Source of the DNA: Spirochaetia bacterium
Lineage (GTDB): Bacteria > Spirochaetota > Spirochaetia > SZUA-6 > Bin103
DNA: 64,000 bases
Assembly (NCBI GenBank): GCA_965198005.1
Contig: CBDAOI010000004.1
Span: forward strand, 1,760,001-1,824,000
Direction of reading: 5' to 3'
Part shown: piece by piece, positions 30,351 through 40,937 of the stretch
Layout of the letters: each line of letters begins with the position of its first letter
Numbering within the stretch: the stretch's first letter is position 1
The notes under the pieces: model-generated
Seen by the model: only the letters and a program-made list of their open reading frames with translations
What the model was told of the DNA's origin: nothing
Database searches by the model: none
Translations under genes and position numbers: made by a program

Positions 30351-31940
30351 GCGGGTGTCCTTGACTCCTGAGCAGTCGCCGTGGCCGGGTCGGTGTCGAA
30401 GTAGCCAAACTCGCGCGCGAACCGGAACTGGAGTTGGCCGTTGTCCGGCTCGGCGGGCTGCTGCTGTGGCAAGCGGTCCAGCTCGTGGATGAGGATGTTC
30501 TTGACGCTGCGGTAGCTGGGGGTGGCGAACTGCACCGCGCGCCGACAGGCCGCCTCCAGACGCTGCACCGTGTACTTGTCGGCCAGTCTGATGAGCGCGC
30601 GCACCGGGCGCATGCCGTCGACCGCCTGGTCAGCGAACACCTCCTGGGCCACCAGTGCGACCGACGGCCCCAGGCGCTTGGCCCACTGCACCAAGCCGGC
30701 GCGGCTCAGGCTCAGGTACTGTTCCAACTCGGGCGGAGCGTGCCGGCCGCCGCTTGACCTGCCACAGCTGCGTAGCGCGCGGATGGACAGTGACCTCCTC
30801 GAAATCAAGGAAGATCCGCACCATCTGCGAGTTGCCCAGCACCAGCACCCGCTCGCCAATCAGGCGGTAGGGGACCGTGTAGAACGCTTTCTCGAACTGC
30901 ACCCGCCAGTCGGGACCGACGCTCGCCTCCTTGCACACCACTTGGTCCCACCGCTCGACCGGCAGTGGCTTCAAGGCACCCGCTTCCTCGGTCTCGAACA
31001 GCTCCAGCGGGGTGCGCCCGACCTTCTGGACGATATGCAGGTCATAGCTCTCACGGTTCCACCGCTCCAGCTCGTCGACGAGTTCGTCGCTATAGGGGGT
31101 CTCATGGCCACGCTCCTTCTGGGCCTCGCGGAACAGCGGCAGGAAGTTGCGCTTGACGTATTTTATGTCTCCTTCGACGCCTCCTTTGTGTTCCGGATGG
31201 TAAGGCAGACAGGGCGAAATCAGGAACCCGTAGTGCAGCGCCAACTCGCGATAGGCGCGGTTCACCACCGGGTCCTCGAAGGAAGCGACGATGATGGCCG
31301 CCTTCAGATTGTCCGGGGTCGCCTTCTCGGACACGCCGCCGAACCACTCGAAGGCGTGGATGTGGCAAGCGAAGAAGGTCTGCTGCTTCTGATCGAAGAC
31401 CACTTCACGGTAAGCGCGGCGGGAGTGCCGTAGCCGGCCCGAGAACACCCAGGTGCGCCGCCGCGAGCGCGTGGTCGTGTGCCAGGTGAGCCCCAGGTAT
31501 CCGAAGTCCACCTCCATCACCTCGCCAGCGGTCGTTTCGCGCCGCATCACCGGTCGCACCGCCTTCGGAAAGTGGCGATGGATGTAGCGGCGCACCGTGG
31601 TCTCCGAGTATTCCACCCCCCGCTTTTCGAGCAACTTGTGGATCACCAGGAAGCTGTAGCCTTCCTCGCGCCACCCCTCGATCTGCTCACGGTGCGAGTC
31701 GAGCGGATGCCGGCGGCCTTCCTCGCCGCTCCGCTGTTCGTGGTACACCTCCTGCAGTTGCTGCTCGGACGGCACCTCATGCTGCTCATCCAGCCACCCC
31801 TCCTGCTCGGCGAGCAGCAGCAGCCTGCGGATCACGCGCCGGTGCTTGCCGGTCTCACGCTTGATCGCCTTGATCGACTGCCCCATTCGCAGTCGTCGGA
31901 CGATATCCTGTAGTTCCATCGTCGATGTCCTCCTGGCCAT
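30338..31940 (-). pseudogene. istA: IS21 transposase IstA with frameshift near 30745
   Basis: GEVMEVDFG, FE.FGGV, DNLKAA, HYGF, KG.VE; C-terminus (RLEAACRRA..F...SY.SVKNIL) in another frame. Confidence 0.85.
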
Positions 31941-31989
31941 TCTGACCCTCCTCACGTAGTTCGTTGTGTGCACGCACCAACCGTGCATC

Positions 31990-32118
31990 ATGAGGGGGGT
32001 CCTTTTCGATGCCGAGGAGGGGGGTCCTTTTCAGTGCCGACCTGGGGTCCCTTTGAATGCCGACCCCGGGGTCCCTAAAAACGCCGAGGGGGGGGGTCAC
32101 TATCACTGCCGGTTTCCA
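31990..32118 (-). repeat. IS21 left end with five tandem binding repeats
   Basis: Minus strand starts TGGAAACCGGCAGTGATAGTGACCCC; repeats CGGC-N8-9-GACCCC. Confidence 0.8.
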
Positions 32119-32830
32119 AGCCGCTCGGGAGTCACGCGCAACGGGCGCAAGCGGGACAGCTCCTGCTGGCGACGCTGTTCTGGCGTTTCTCCGGTGGCCC
32201 GGCTGAGACGCTCGTTGTTCACCTCCTTGAGCCACTGGCGCAACTGAGCCTCCAGGTCCTCGCGATCGTGGAACCGGCGCTGCTTGAAGAACGAACCTTT
32301 CACGCAACCCACCAGATTCTTGACTACCCCGTAGTGTTGGGCGAAGGCGTCGAACTGGGGGTTGATGCCCGGTTCGTAGGGGTCTGAGCGACTGACCGCG
32401 CTGCGCAGGTTGTCCGGGATGATCACCTCGGTGCCGCCGCCGTAGTAGTGCAGCGCCCGCTCGTTGGAGCGGGCCCAGTCCTCGCTTTGTTGCGTGGCGC
32501 TGGCCTCCACATAGGTCAGTTCGCTGGCCGCGAGGATTGCCACGAACGTTTCCACCGGCTGCCCCGCGCCGCTCTCCGGGTCTCACGATGGCCAGCTTGT
32601 CGCCGGCGTAGTCGACGAACAGCTTCTCCCCGGCCTTGTGGTCAATGTGCATGCCCACCTCGGTGCCCTTGCGCCAGAGGTGGAAATGATGGCAGAACTG
32701 GCTGCTCTGGTAGCCGTCAGGGTGCGCGCGCTGGTACTCCTCCCAGAGCAACTGCAGCGTTACTCCCTTGCGCCGCAGCTCCTTGACCATCGTCGGAAAC
32801 CGTTCGGCCAGTCGCTCATAGCGCGCGTTC
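32119..32830 (-). pseudogene. istA: Fragments of other IS21-family istA genes
   Basis: ELRRKGVTLQLLWEEY, HKAGEKLFVDYAG, YYGG....IIPDNL; frameshifted and internally deleted. Confidence 0.75.
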
Positions 32831-33039
32831 GTCTCTGGGACGCGCGTGCTACCGCGACGTAGGGGCAGCGGCGCCCCTGCGCTGGTGGCTCATCACCAGT
32901 CCAGTACTGCGGTGCCGGCGTGTGCTTCATGGGCGGCTGGAACCGGAGCCCAGTTACGGCGGAAACAGTAGGTAGGGAGAGTGATTTGCAACTGCCGCTC
33001 GATTCCATGTACGTCTACGTAAACACGAGGGGACGACAG

Positions 33040-33216
33040 ATGAGCGACCGACCGAAGCGCGGCCCACGGCCACGTAAGCAGCAATCAGATCAGCCACGGC
33101 GGGGACCTGGAAGGCCGCCGAAGCACCCTGAACTGTTCGAGCCGCTGAACGTTGATCCGCTACAGCTTGCGCGTGCGGTTCTCCGGCCGCCTAAACGTCG
33201 GCGGGGGCGCAGGTAG
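33040..33216 (+). CDS. Small basic protein next to an IS1595-like right end
   Basis: RBS-like GAGGGG, RGPGRPPK AT-hook-like motif, DP.QLARAVL; IS end GTATGTAATTCCC at 33257-33269. Confidence 0.45.
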   Translation: MSDRPKRGPRPRKQQSDQPRRGPGRPPKHPELFEPLNVDPLQLARAVLRPPKRRRGRR

Positions 33217-33269
33217 AGCAGGTAGACTCGGCGGCTTGGCGCCAATGGTTACTTTTGTATGTAATTCCC

Positions 33270-34387
33270 AATGGTAGCGGTCCACGTACTCGCGCCAGAG
33301 CGCCGCTTCGGCGCCCTTGGCGACTGGGCGCAGGTGCAGTTCGGACAGCCCCTGGACGCTGCCGGTGATCGGCAATTGGGGCTCTGCCTGCGGCGTGCGG
33401 CGGCGCCGCAGGCGGCCGTTGTAGCAGGCCTGCTGTGGTGGGGGTAGTTGGATCAGGCCGGCACGGTGCATGCGCAGCAGGGCGACCCGGCAACTCATAT
33501 GGGTGCGGCTCTTTTGCGACGACCACATGGTGGGTGATAGAGGCGGCTTGAGTGTGAGCGTGAGGGTGAAATGCATCGGTCGTGGACGAAAAACGGAGCA
33601 GGGACCCCCAGGGCGCCCGTCGGGCGGTGCTTCCGTAGCCGCTGACACGCCCCAACTATCAGCTGCATACGGCTCAGGCTCCCTCCGTTTGGACGTATGG
33701 TTCCGCAGCGCGGATATATGCCACGAAACGGCACGTCGGAGCGTGGCCGTACTCTCCTAAGTCATTATATAAATGTCGTCATAAAAGAGCCGCACCCAAC
33801 TCATATCCTTCAGTCCCCCGTTGGGGCGCCGCCAGTCGAGCCGTTCGCAGACCAGCCGCGACAGGGCCAGCCGATGGTGGCCGGATGCTCGGCCATGAGG
33901 CTGCGGATCAACTCCAGCTCCTGCGCGCTGAAGGTGCGGCCCGCAGTAGCGCACCAGCGTCAGGCGGCGCGCTGCGGGGCAGCCCCTGGCGGGGCTGGCG
34001 CGGCGCGCGGCGCTTGCCCGTCGCGGCGGTTCCAGGGCAGGAAGCGCTCAAAGTCCTCCGGCACCCGACTGCCGGCGGCGGCGCATGCATTCAGGTACTC
34101 GGTCAGCCAAATGCGCGGGTTGATCTGCCACAACTCGAGCGTGTGGAACAGGCTGAACAGCGTGGCGGTCAACTCACCGCTCCAGGTCGCCCCCGAGCCG
34201 TAGTAGTTCTTGCGCCCCACCACCGGCCCACGCAACGCGCGTTCGGCCTGATTGTTGTCCATCGGGATAGCGGGCTGGTCGACGAACCGGATCAGCCCTG
34301 ACCAGTGGTTGCGCAGACTGGTAAGCACTTTCTTGCGTGCCTGCGGCAGCCGCGGCTGCGCCAACTCGCGCTCCAACCGCTGCGCCG
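33270..34387 (-). pseudogene. Decayed second copy of the IS66-DUF4338 element (tnpC 3' end + DUF4338 5' part)
   Basis: Near-identical in reverse to ~28490-29300; frameshifts, MITE insertion, truncated on both sides. Confidence 0.88.
33501..33797. mobile_element. 297-bp MITE
   Basis: 23-bp IR GGGTGCGGCTCTTTTRYGACGAC; 9-bp TSD AACTCATAT at 33492-33500 and 33798-33806, absent as a duplicate in the intact copy. Confidence 0.9.
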
Positions 34388-34409
34388 AGAGGCAGCATGC
34401 AGCAGCGCG

Positions 34410-34605
34410 CCCTGTGGGAACCGAATCCATATCCGCTGAAAAACGCTTCGCGACCCTCGCCGCTGACATCTTGACCGACTCTTGGGCGAGATGGTGGCAA
34501 CGGGCCGTCGTCTACACTTGGCGAAGGCCGAAGAGCTCTCCGCTCATCGGGAGGCCTTCGCCCAACGCCAGTGCCCTCGAGGCGAAGCTATGTCTAAGGT
34601 CAATA
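34410..34605 (-). pseudogene. Tyrosine integrase C-terminal remnant
   Basis: Manual translation DLRHSFASRALALGEGLPMSGELFGLRQV*TTARCHHLAQESVK (degenerate HxLRH...LGH...TT.RY). Confidence 0.7.
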
Positions 34606-35341
34606 CTGTTGCTTTAATCTTAAACCATTCTTCCGCACGGTTGCCGAATCAGAAACAGGCCACATCGTGGTTAACATATACATATCCCGCCGACGGAGCT
34701 TGACACACCTATCTTTAGTATGGTAGGATGATCAACTGGACATCATAACAAATGGAATTCGCGCGATCGACACCGTCACGTTCGTCCTCAACACGGTATT
34801 TTGCGCGAGCTGGAGTCAGCATCACGATATCTGTTTCTTTCGCAATCGCCTGGGCATCAGTCGTAGGCATCCCCGCCGTACGATGGGTGTTTCTCCAGCG
34901 TCAGACAGACATCGTCGTTCAGGACGTGACTCCGGTATGTGGTCAGCAGGCCTCGTCCAGGCGAACGGCTTCGAATCGTCATCGCTGGTCAATCACTTCC
35001 GACACAGGACACTAGTTTGCGCCTTCCAGTAGGTCGCGTGGTTTGGTCGCTACGTCAATTGGTTGCCGGAGCTGCTGGGCTCGACGAATGCGAGCCTAAC
35101 CCCGTCGACGCCGTCTCATGGCACGGTGACAACACCCGCGCCCGATGTCTCTCCGTAAGCCCTAGCCTCTCCCCACTACTCCTGTTGCGTTGCGCGCGCC
35201 CAGCCGAGGTTGGTTGCACGAAGTTATCCTCCTGGTATCCGCCCCGGGGCATGTACGCGTCGCTCCCAGTCCGTGACTGGCCATCATGAGTGACGGCGAT
35301 TCCCTGGGGCCTTTTTTTGTCTCGGTCGGGAGTGAATCCGG

Positions 35342-35635
35342 ATGACTAAAGCTGCGATCCTCATTGACGGGGGCTACTTCCTGAAGCGGCTGCCGGCTGT
35401 CCGGAAGGGCATCGATACAACCGACGTCGGGGCAGTCTCCTCGTCGATTGAGCAGCTGATCGAGGGCATCTGCGTCAACTGAACGAAGTCGAAAAGGTCT
35501 CGAACTGCTTTGAGCTGTTGTATCGCAGCTTCTACTATGACGCTCGGCCGTATAACCAGAAGGCGCACTCGGCAATCACCAAAGGGGGCAATCAACTACT
35601 CCAAATCGCACGAAGCAACTTTTCGTACCGGACTG
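35342..35635 (+). pseudogene. NYN-domain protein N-terminal remnant
   Basis: MTKAAILIDGGYFLKR... then LYRSFYYDARPY after frameshift; truncated. Confidence 0.65.
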
Positions 35636-35639
35636 TTCG

Positions 35640-35775
35640 ACGCGCGCAGCCGATGCAGCATGGTCGATGCCGTCTGGTAGGAGCCGATCTCCAGCGTCCG
35701 CTTCAGGCTCAGCGCCGAAATCCCATCCTTGCCGGTGGCAAACAGCCAGCAGGCAGTGAACCACACCGTCAACGG
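35640..35775 (-). pseudogene. IS1595-family transposase fragment
   Basis: LTVWFTACWLFATGKDGISALSLKRTLEIGSYQTASTMLHRLR. Confidence 0.7.
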
Positions 35776-36075
35776 CCTTCGTGTGCGGTCGAGCTTGAGC
35801 CCTCAGGTCGTGTCCTCGATCCGCGCCAGCGTCGTACGGGCCTCCTTGATGTCCACGCGGAGCACCGCCAGGGCCTTGATCTGCTGCTTGATGGTCGTCC
35901 GCCAAAGGCCGCCGTCTCGGGATGGCGCATCTTCTCGCGGCTCGGACCGGGTTCGAGGCCGATCGGAGCGGGACAGCGGCCGGTCGGCGCGCCGAACCGG
36001 GTACGACCGCTGGGGTGAGGGCGGCTGCCGGGGGTGGCGGACGCCGACGGCGGGTCGGCCGCCTTGAGGGCGGCT

Positions 36076-36960
36076 CTATGCACTGCGCTCGACATAGTCC
36101 GCCGTCTCGGATGCGTGAACGACCGGCTTTCCCATAGCCTTCTCGACAAGTCGACTCAATCGCCTACGACGGTCTTCTACGAAGTCGTCGAACGCGTCCC
36201 GCCGCAGCAGATCCGGCGCTAGCGCGTGGCTAGCCAACAACTCATCCATCTCGCTGTCGTTCAGGGCGACGTGATCCGCCCCTTGAAGCCTCGGCAGGTA
36301 GCGAGACGGCGCTTCACCGCCTATCTTGCGGTTCGCCTTGTAGGAGATGGGCGTCTTATTCAGGATGCTGTCGTACCGATCCCTCTCAATTCTCCGGTCC
36401 GGTTTTTCACACCAGTCCCGCGGGAAGATATGGTGGATGTCGAGGGCAATCTCGTCAGTATCCAGCTCCTTAATTGTAGCCTTCCAAACCAATCGTCATG
36501 CAGGTTGTAGCCGTCTGCCGCGTAGCTAGCCGTGACCAATTCGAATACCGAGAGCGCCACCCCGCCAGTGTTCACCTTCTCGAAGACCAAGCAGACTGCC
36601 TCTTTGGCGGTCGCTTTCCTTAGCTGGATGACGGGAATCTGGTACGTGCGAAACGCAACGAGCACTTGTTTGCGAAACTCCATGAAGGTGGGGAACTGAG
36701 CCGGTGCTACCCTGAACAAGATGCTTTCCCAATCGTCGGAGTTCATAATCTGGCTGCAGGGGAAGTGCAGGTGCTGGCATTCCAGTTCAGTCGTGGACAG
36801 GTCCAACTCTACCTTGCGGCCAAAATCGCTTCGCAGTTGTCGATTCTCATCTACAGCCACAACAGCGTCGTCCAGCAAATCTGGCGCGGCCACTACCGTC
36901 TGAATGTCGAAGTAGTAACGGCGCTTGATCTTTTTGCCCTGTGCGCTGTCGGTGGCCGGC
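36076..36960 (-). pseudogene. DUF262 (GmrSD-like) gene, middle and C-terminal fragments
   Basis: AVCLVFEKVNTGGV.LSVFEL; DIHHIFP..W, N.TP....NR.IGG.APS.YL; large internal deletion. Confidence 0.8.
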
Positions 36961-36973
36961 CAGGAATTGAGGT

Positions 36974-37190
36974 ATGAGCACGTTTGACAGCACAAAGGCT
37001 TCGCTGAGCGATCTCCTTCGCGAGATCGACGAAGGCAAGATCCAGTTGCCGAACTTCCAGCGCGGCTGGATATGGGACGATGACCATATTCGCGATCTAC
37101 TGGTGAGCATCGCCCGATCTTTCCCGATCGGTGCGGTAATGCTCCTTGAGGCCGGCGGTGAGGTCCGCTTTCAGACACGACCAGTGGGAG
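36974..37190 (+). pseudogene. DUF262 gene N-terminus, inverted relative to the rest
   Basis: GKIQLPNFQRGWIWDD..I..LL.SI...FPIGAVM (FQR motif). Confidence 0.8.
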
Positions 37191-37339
37191 CCGGGAGGCT
37201 TGTCTCGGTTACCACGGAGTCGGTGCGGGTTGCTGTGCAGCGCCACATGATGAAGACGGCTGCGACGATTGTGTCGGTAAGTAATTCTATAACAAGTAGT
37301 TACAGCTTCATGTGCGAATCTTAGGAGCGCTTTTTCGTT

Positions 37340-37492
37340 ATGGATGAGCAGTGGGGCGAGAGCTACGGGGCAGCCGGGAAGCGAGCGCTGCCGGTGTTGA
37401 CGGAGGATCTGGAGGTGGTGCGGGAGGATATTGCGGTCTGGGGGTATGCGCTGATCGCGAACGCGCTGACGGGGGAGGAGGTGCGGGGGTGC
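37340..37492 (+). pseudogene. Second phyH-like allele, piece 1 (5' exon)
   Basis: LPVLTEDLEVVREDIAVWGYALIANALTGEEVR aligns to LPALSADLDVARENIARWGYALIKDALTPEQVR of 4525-5454. Confidence 0.85.
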
Positions 37493-39408
37493 GAGCGCCA
37501 GGCTAACTGGCATATGACAGAGGGTGAAAGTCCCTCGGAACGAAGGAGCAGCCAATCCACGTTTCTCCGCGAGCCGTGCGTTGGCACCTGCGAGGGTGCA
37601 GGCGAAGCGTCGGCAGCGGTGCGTGCGGGCAGAGTTATGGAGCGCCGCAAAATACGACATCTGGAGTGCCGAGACTCTGTACTCGGTCGAAGGCAACACC
37701 GGTCGAGCCAGTATGGTGAGGATCGACCGGGCTCCACGGCGTCGAAGAACTCAGGCACGTGCGTACGTCATATACCGGGACCTGGGAGGTCTTCGGGTCG
37801 TCCCGGCGAGTCGTCGCCGGGACCGCGGAGGGAAGGCGTGAGGCTGGACCAAAGATGAACGACCCGAAGGAGTCGGACATGGGCATAGTAGCGGCGAAGC
37901 CGGCGAACAAGGGAGCGCAAGCGACTGCGGAGACGGTGGAGCGAAGGCCCATGACCAACGGGAATCCGCAAGGTCAAAGCACGGGCCGGACGCAGAGTCG
38001 GGCAACCGTGACACAGGCGGCCGAGCGGATACGGCAATTCGTAAAGAGAGAACCGCAGGAGAAACTCACTGCGCTGCTGCACCACGTGACGCCGGAAGCG
38101 CTGCGGGTGGCCTATTACGCGCTGAAGCGTGAAGCGGCCCCGGGGGTGGACGGGATGACGTGGCGGGAGTACGAGACGGGGTTGGAAGTGCGCTTGCACG
38201 ACCTGCACCGGAGAGTACACACAGGAGCGTACCGAGCGACCCCGGTACGGCGGGTCAACATCGACAAGCCGGACGGAGGCACACGACCGCTGGGGGTGGC
38301 CGCGCTGGAGGACAAGATCGTCCAGAAGGCCGTGGTGGATGTGATCCTGACACCGATCTATGAGGAGGAATTTCTCGGGATCAGCTATGGGTTTCGACCG
38401 GGGCGCGGGGCACACGATGCGTTGGACGCACTGGCCTACGCCATCGAACGGCGCGAAGTGAACTGGATATTGGACGCGGACATTCGCGCCTACTTCGACA
38501 CGATCTCGCGGGACTGGTTGATCAGATTCCTGGAGCATCGGATTGGAGATCGGCGGGTGCTGCGGCTGATAAAGAAGTGGCTGCGCGCTGGGGTACTGGA
38601 AGAAGGCCGACAGATCGACGCGGGGCGGGGTACAGCGCAAGGGTCGGTGATTTCACCGATGCTCGCGAATATATACTTGCACTACGTGTTGGACCTGTGG
38701 GTCACCAAGAAGTGGCGGCCGCAGGAGGCGCGCGGAGACATGATCATAGTGCGCTACGCAGATGACTATGTCGCCGGGTTCGAGCATCGTGACGATGCGG
38801 AACGCTTCCTGCGGGAACTGAAGGAGCGATTCAGAGGCTTCGAGCTGGAACTGAACGCCGACAAGACCCGACTCCTCGAGTTTGGACGGTATGCCGAAAG
38901 GAACCGCCGAGCACGTGGGGAAGGGCGACCGGAGACGTTCGACTTTCTGGGTTTCACGCATTATTGCAGGAAGGACAGGAAAGGACGCTTCGGGCTGGGG
39001 CGGAAGCCAATTCGGAAGCGGATGAATCGTACGCTGAAGAGGATCAAGATCGAGCTCCGCAGACGAATGCATGATGACGTGATGGAAACCGGGCGCTGGC
39101 TGGGACGGGTACTGCGCGGATGGCTCAACTACTACGCGGTACCCACCAGCTACCGCTATCTGCACCGATTCGTGTGGCGTCTGCGAGGAATCTGGGTAAA
39201 GATTCTACGCCGGAGGTCCCAGAAGGACCGATTCTCCTGGGCTTGGATGCTGGCGATCAGCATCAAGCTGTGGCCCCAACCCCGAATCGTACACTCATGG
39301 CCGGACCGGCGATTTGCCGTCAACCACCGAAGGTAGGAGCCGGATGGTTTAACGACCACGTCCGGATCTGTGCGGGGGGCGCCGGGTAACCGGCGTTCCT
39401 ACCGCGCC
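37493..39408 (+). mobile_element. Group II intron inserted in phyH-like gene
   Basis: Domain V/VI GAGCCGGATG...ACGTCCGGATCTGTGCGGGGGGC...CCTACCGCGCC; removal restores EEVRGC-RERLRSQ in frame. Confidence 0.85.
37855..39336 (+). CDS. ltrA: Group II intron reverse transcriptase/maturase, no endonuclease domain (start uncertain)
   Basis: APGVDG, RPLG, SYGFRPGR, DADI..YFD, GTAQG..ISP.LANIYLH, RYADD, FDFLGF, GWLNYY. Confidence 0.93.
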   Translation: MNDPKESDMGIVAAKPANKGAQATAETVERRPMTNGNPQGQSTGRTQSRATVTQAAERIRQFVKREPQEKLTALLHHVTPEALRVAYYALKREAAPGVDGMTWREYETGLEVRLHDLHRRVHTGAYRATPVRRVNIDKPDGGTRPLGVAALEDKIVQKAVVDVILTPIYEEEFLGISYGFRPGRGAHDALDALAYAIERREVNWILDADIRAYFDTISRDWLIRFLEHRIGDRRVLRLIKKWLRAGVLEEGRQIDAGRGTAQGSVISPMLANIYLHYVLDLWVTKKWRPQEARGDMIIVRYADDYVAGFEHRDDAERFLRELKERFRGFELELNADKTRLLEFGRYAERNRRARGEGRPETFDFLGFTHYCRKDRKGRFGLGRKPIRKRMNRTLKRIKIELRRRMHDDVMETGRWLGRVLRGWLNYYAVPTSYRYLHRFVWRLRGIWVKILRRRSQKDRFSWAWMLAISIKLWPQPRIVHSWPDRRFAVNHRR

Positions 39409-39507
39409 CGGGAGCGGTTGCGGTCGCAGGCGGCGGCGGAGGAGGCGGCCGGAACCGAGCACTTCGATAACGGGGAGCTGACGCTGAATCAGCGGGTGTG
39501 GAATCTG
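39409..39507 (+). pseudogene. Second phyH-like allele, piece 2
   Basis: RERLRSQAAAEEAAGTEHFDNGELTLNQRVWNL. Confidence 0.85.
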
Positions 39508-39511
39508 TATG

Positions 39512-39976
39512 TCAGCGCGGTCGATAAGGAATCTCTGACACACGTATTCTGACCACGTTGGGTGCCAGACCCTGAGATTCCAGCAGCCGCTCAAGCGCTT
39601 GTTTAGCGTCACGTCGCTTGGGTACATTGGAACCTATGGTGATCTGACTATTTGACGTAAGAATGGACTTACACATGAGTTCTTGGATCTGCATATATCT
39701 GCGCACAAGGCCGTATTGAACGTGCATGCCGCGACGAAGCTTCAACTCGTTTCCGTCAATAGCGTCTTCTCTCGCATCAAACGCCACCGCTCGGAATTCG
39801 CGCTCCATTTCATAATGTGATCGTTTGTGGGCGAGATGCAACGGAAAATCGTGCTCCACGGAGGTGCGATCAATAGGGGTTCTACGCAGATCCTTCAGAA
39901 GGTCAGCCGCGCAACTGGCGATTTCCGTCGCCTCGCGCCGCAATTGTGTCAAGCTACTAGATGATTCACGATTCAT
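39512..39976 (-). pseudogene. DUF2971-like protein C-terminal fragment
   Basis: K...Y..E.EFR, ITIG, SEIPYR terminal motif. Confidence 0.5.
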
Positions 39977-40104
39977 GATGCATTGGTGTCAAGAAGCAGC
40001 CAAGTGGGTTCGCCAAGATTCCCTCGACTGCTCCGAGCGTGAACGTCGCAATACGGTTTGCAAACATAGCTAAGCTAGTTGAAGAACGTCTCAGCTACTC
40101 GGCC

Positions 40105-40290
40105 AATCTTTCCGCGTAGTTCAAGTTCTCCTGCGACCAGCGCGAGAACATGGAGCCGGCGACCTGTCCAAGGGCAGCTGCGGGTGGGTGGTGATCACTG
40201 GCACTTGGCGACCGTTGGCGAGCCGGCGCCGGATCTGGCGGACTGTGAGCCCGTTGCGCAGTAACCATCGGTTGCTCGCCCCCGATGGGC
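40105..40290 (-). pseudogene. Transposase fragment
   Basis: VRQIRRRLANGRQVPVITT...MFSRWSQEN. Confidence 0.5.
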
Positions 40291-40364
40291 GGGAAAGACC
40301 ACTTGACCCCATAGTCAGAACATCTTACCTTTAGAGCAAGGTCCTTTCTGGGGAGGTGATGTGC

Positions 40365-40520
40365 ATGCCATCGACTGGACAAAAGAGTACGCAGTCCGGG
40401 ATCTATCGTCCCGACTGCGGATGCAGTACCGAGATTGCGCTTAGCAACCGCGAGACGTTCCCGCCTTGTCGGGCTTGCGGACGCGCCGTCAACTGGACTC
40501 TCGTGCGTCCAACGCGGTAG
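40365..40520 (+). CDS. 51-aa YjzC-like / zinc-ribbon small protein (missing from ORF track)
   Basis: GGAGGT RBS; MPSTGQKSTQSGIYRPDCGCSTEIALSNRETFPPCRACGRAVNWTLVRPTR*. Confidence 0.7.
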   Translation: MPSTGQKSTQSGIYRPDCGCSTEIALSNRETFPPCRACGRAVNWTLVRPTR

Positions 40521-40914
40521 CTGAAGGGTTGCCGCTCACGACTTCATCATGAGCGGCAACCGCATCTTCAGAATATCCCAACAATAACCCGAGCAGCCTG
40601 TGATGATGAGGGTCGGGAACGTTGCAAAGCATCCACTTCAACGTGTCTACGACCCACCACCGGCTGGCAAACCCCGCGTGCGCCCGTTCCTTTCCGCGCA
40701 GCACAAAGGGGATAGGAACCAGTTGCGAGGTGCCGAAGCTGAATGAGCTTAGACGCTCGTACATCCGCGACATGGCGACAGGTTCAGCTTCGACAGTTCC
40801 AACCAGGGCCAATGGTCTGACGCCACGCGACACCAAGTACCCGTTTTCGTAAATCACGGAGTTGCTGATGGCTACGGGCATTAGTGAAGCGTCTACTCCC
40901 TCGCCGGGCTTCAA
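40489..40914 (-). CDS. Hypothetical protein
   Basis: 141-aa ORF, RGVRPLAL and H..LGLLLGY motifs. Confidence 0.55.
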   Translation of the reverse strand: MKPGEGVDASLMPVAISNSVIYENGYLVSRGVRPLALVGTVEAEPVAMSRMYERLSSFSFGTSQLVPIPFVLRGKERAHAGFASRWWVVDTLKWMLCNVPDPHHHRLLGLLLGYSEDAVAAHDEVVSGNPSATALDARESS

Positions 40915-40937
40915 TGAGGCCCGCCCCGGATGGCGGC

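Noticed and set aside
17337-33269. Composite IS1595 transposon between matching ends GGGAATTATATAC and GTATGTAATTCCC
   Set aside because: Flanks share no target duplication and the right end cuts a DUF4338 copy whose remainder is not at the left flank; probably separate insertions
37759-39336. Retron, DGR or defence-associated RT
   Set aside because: Maturase domain, domain V/VI RNA and a split host gene identify a group II intron
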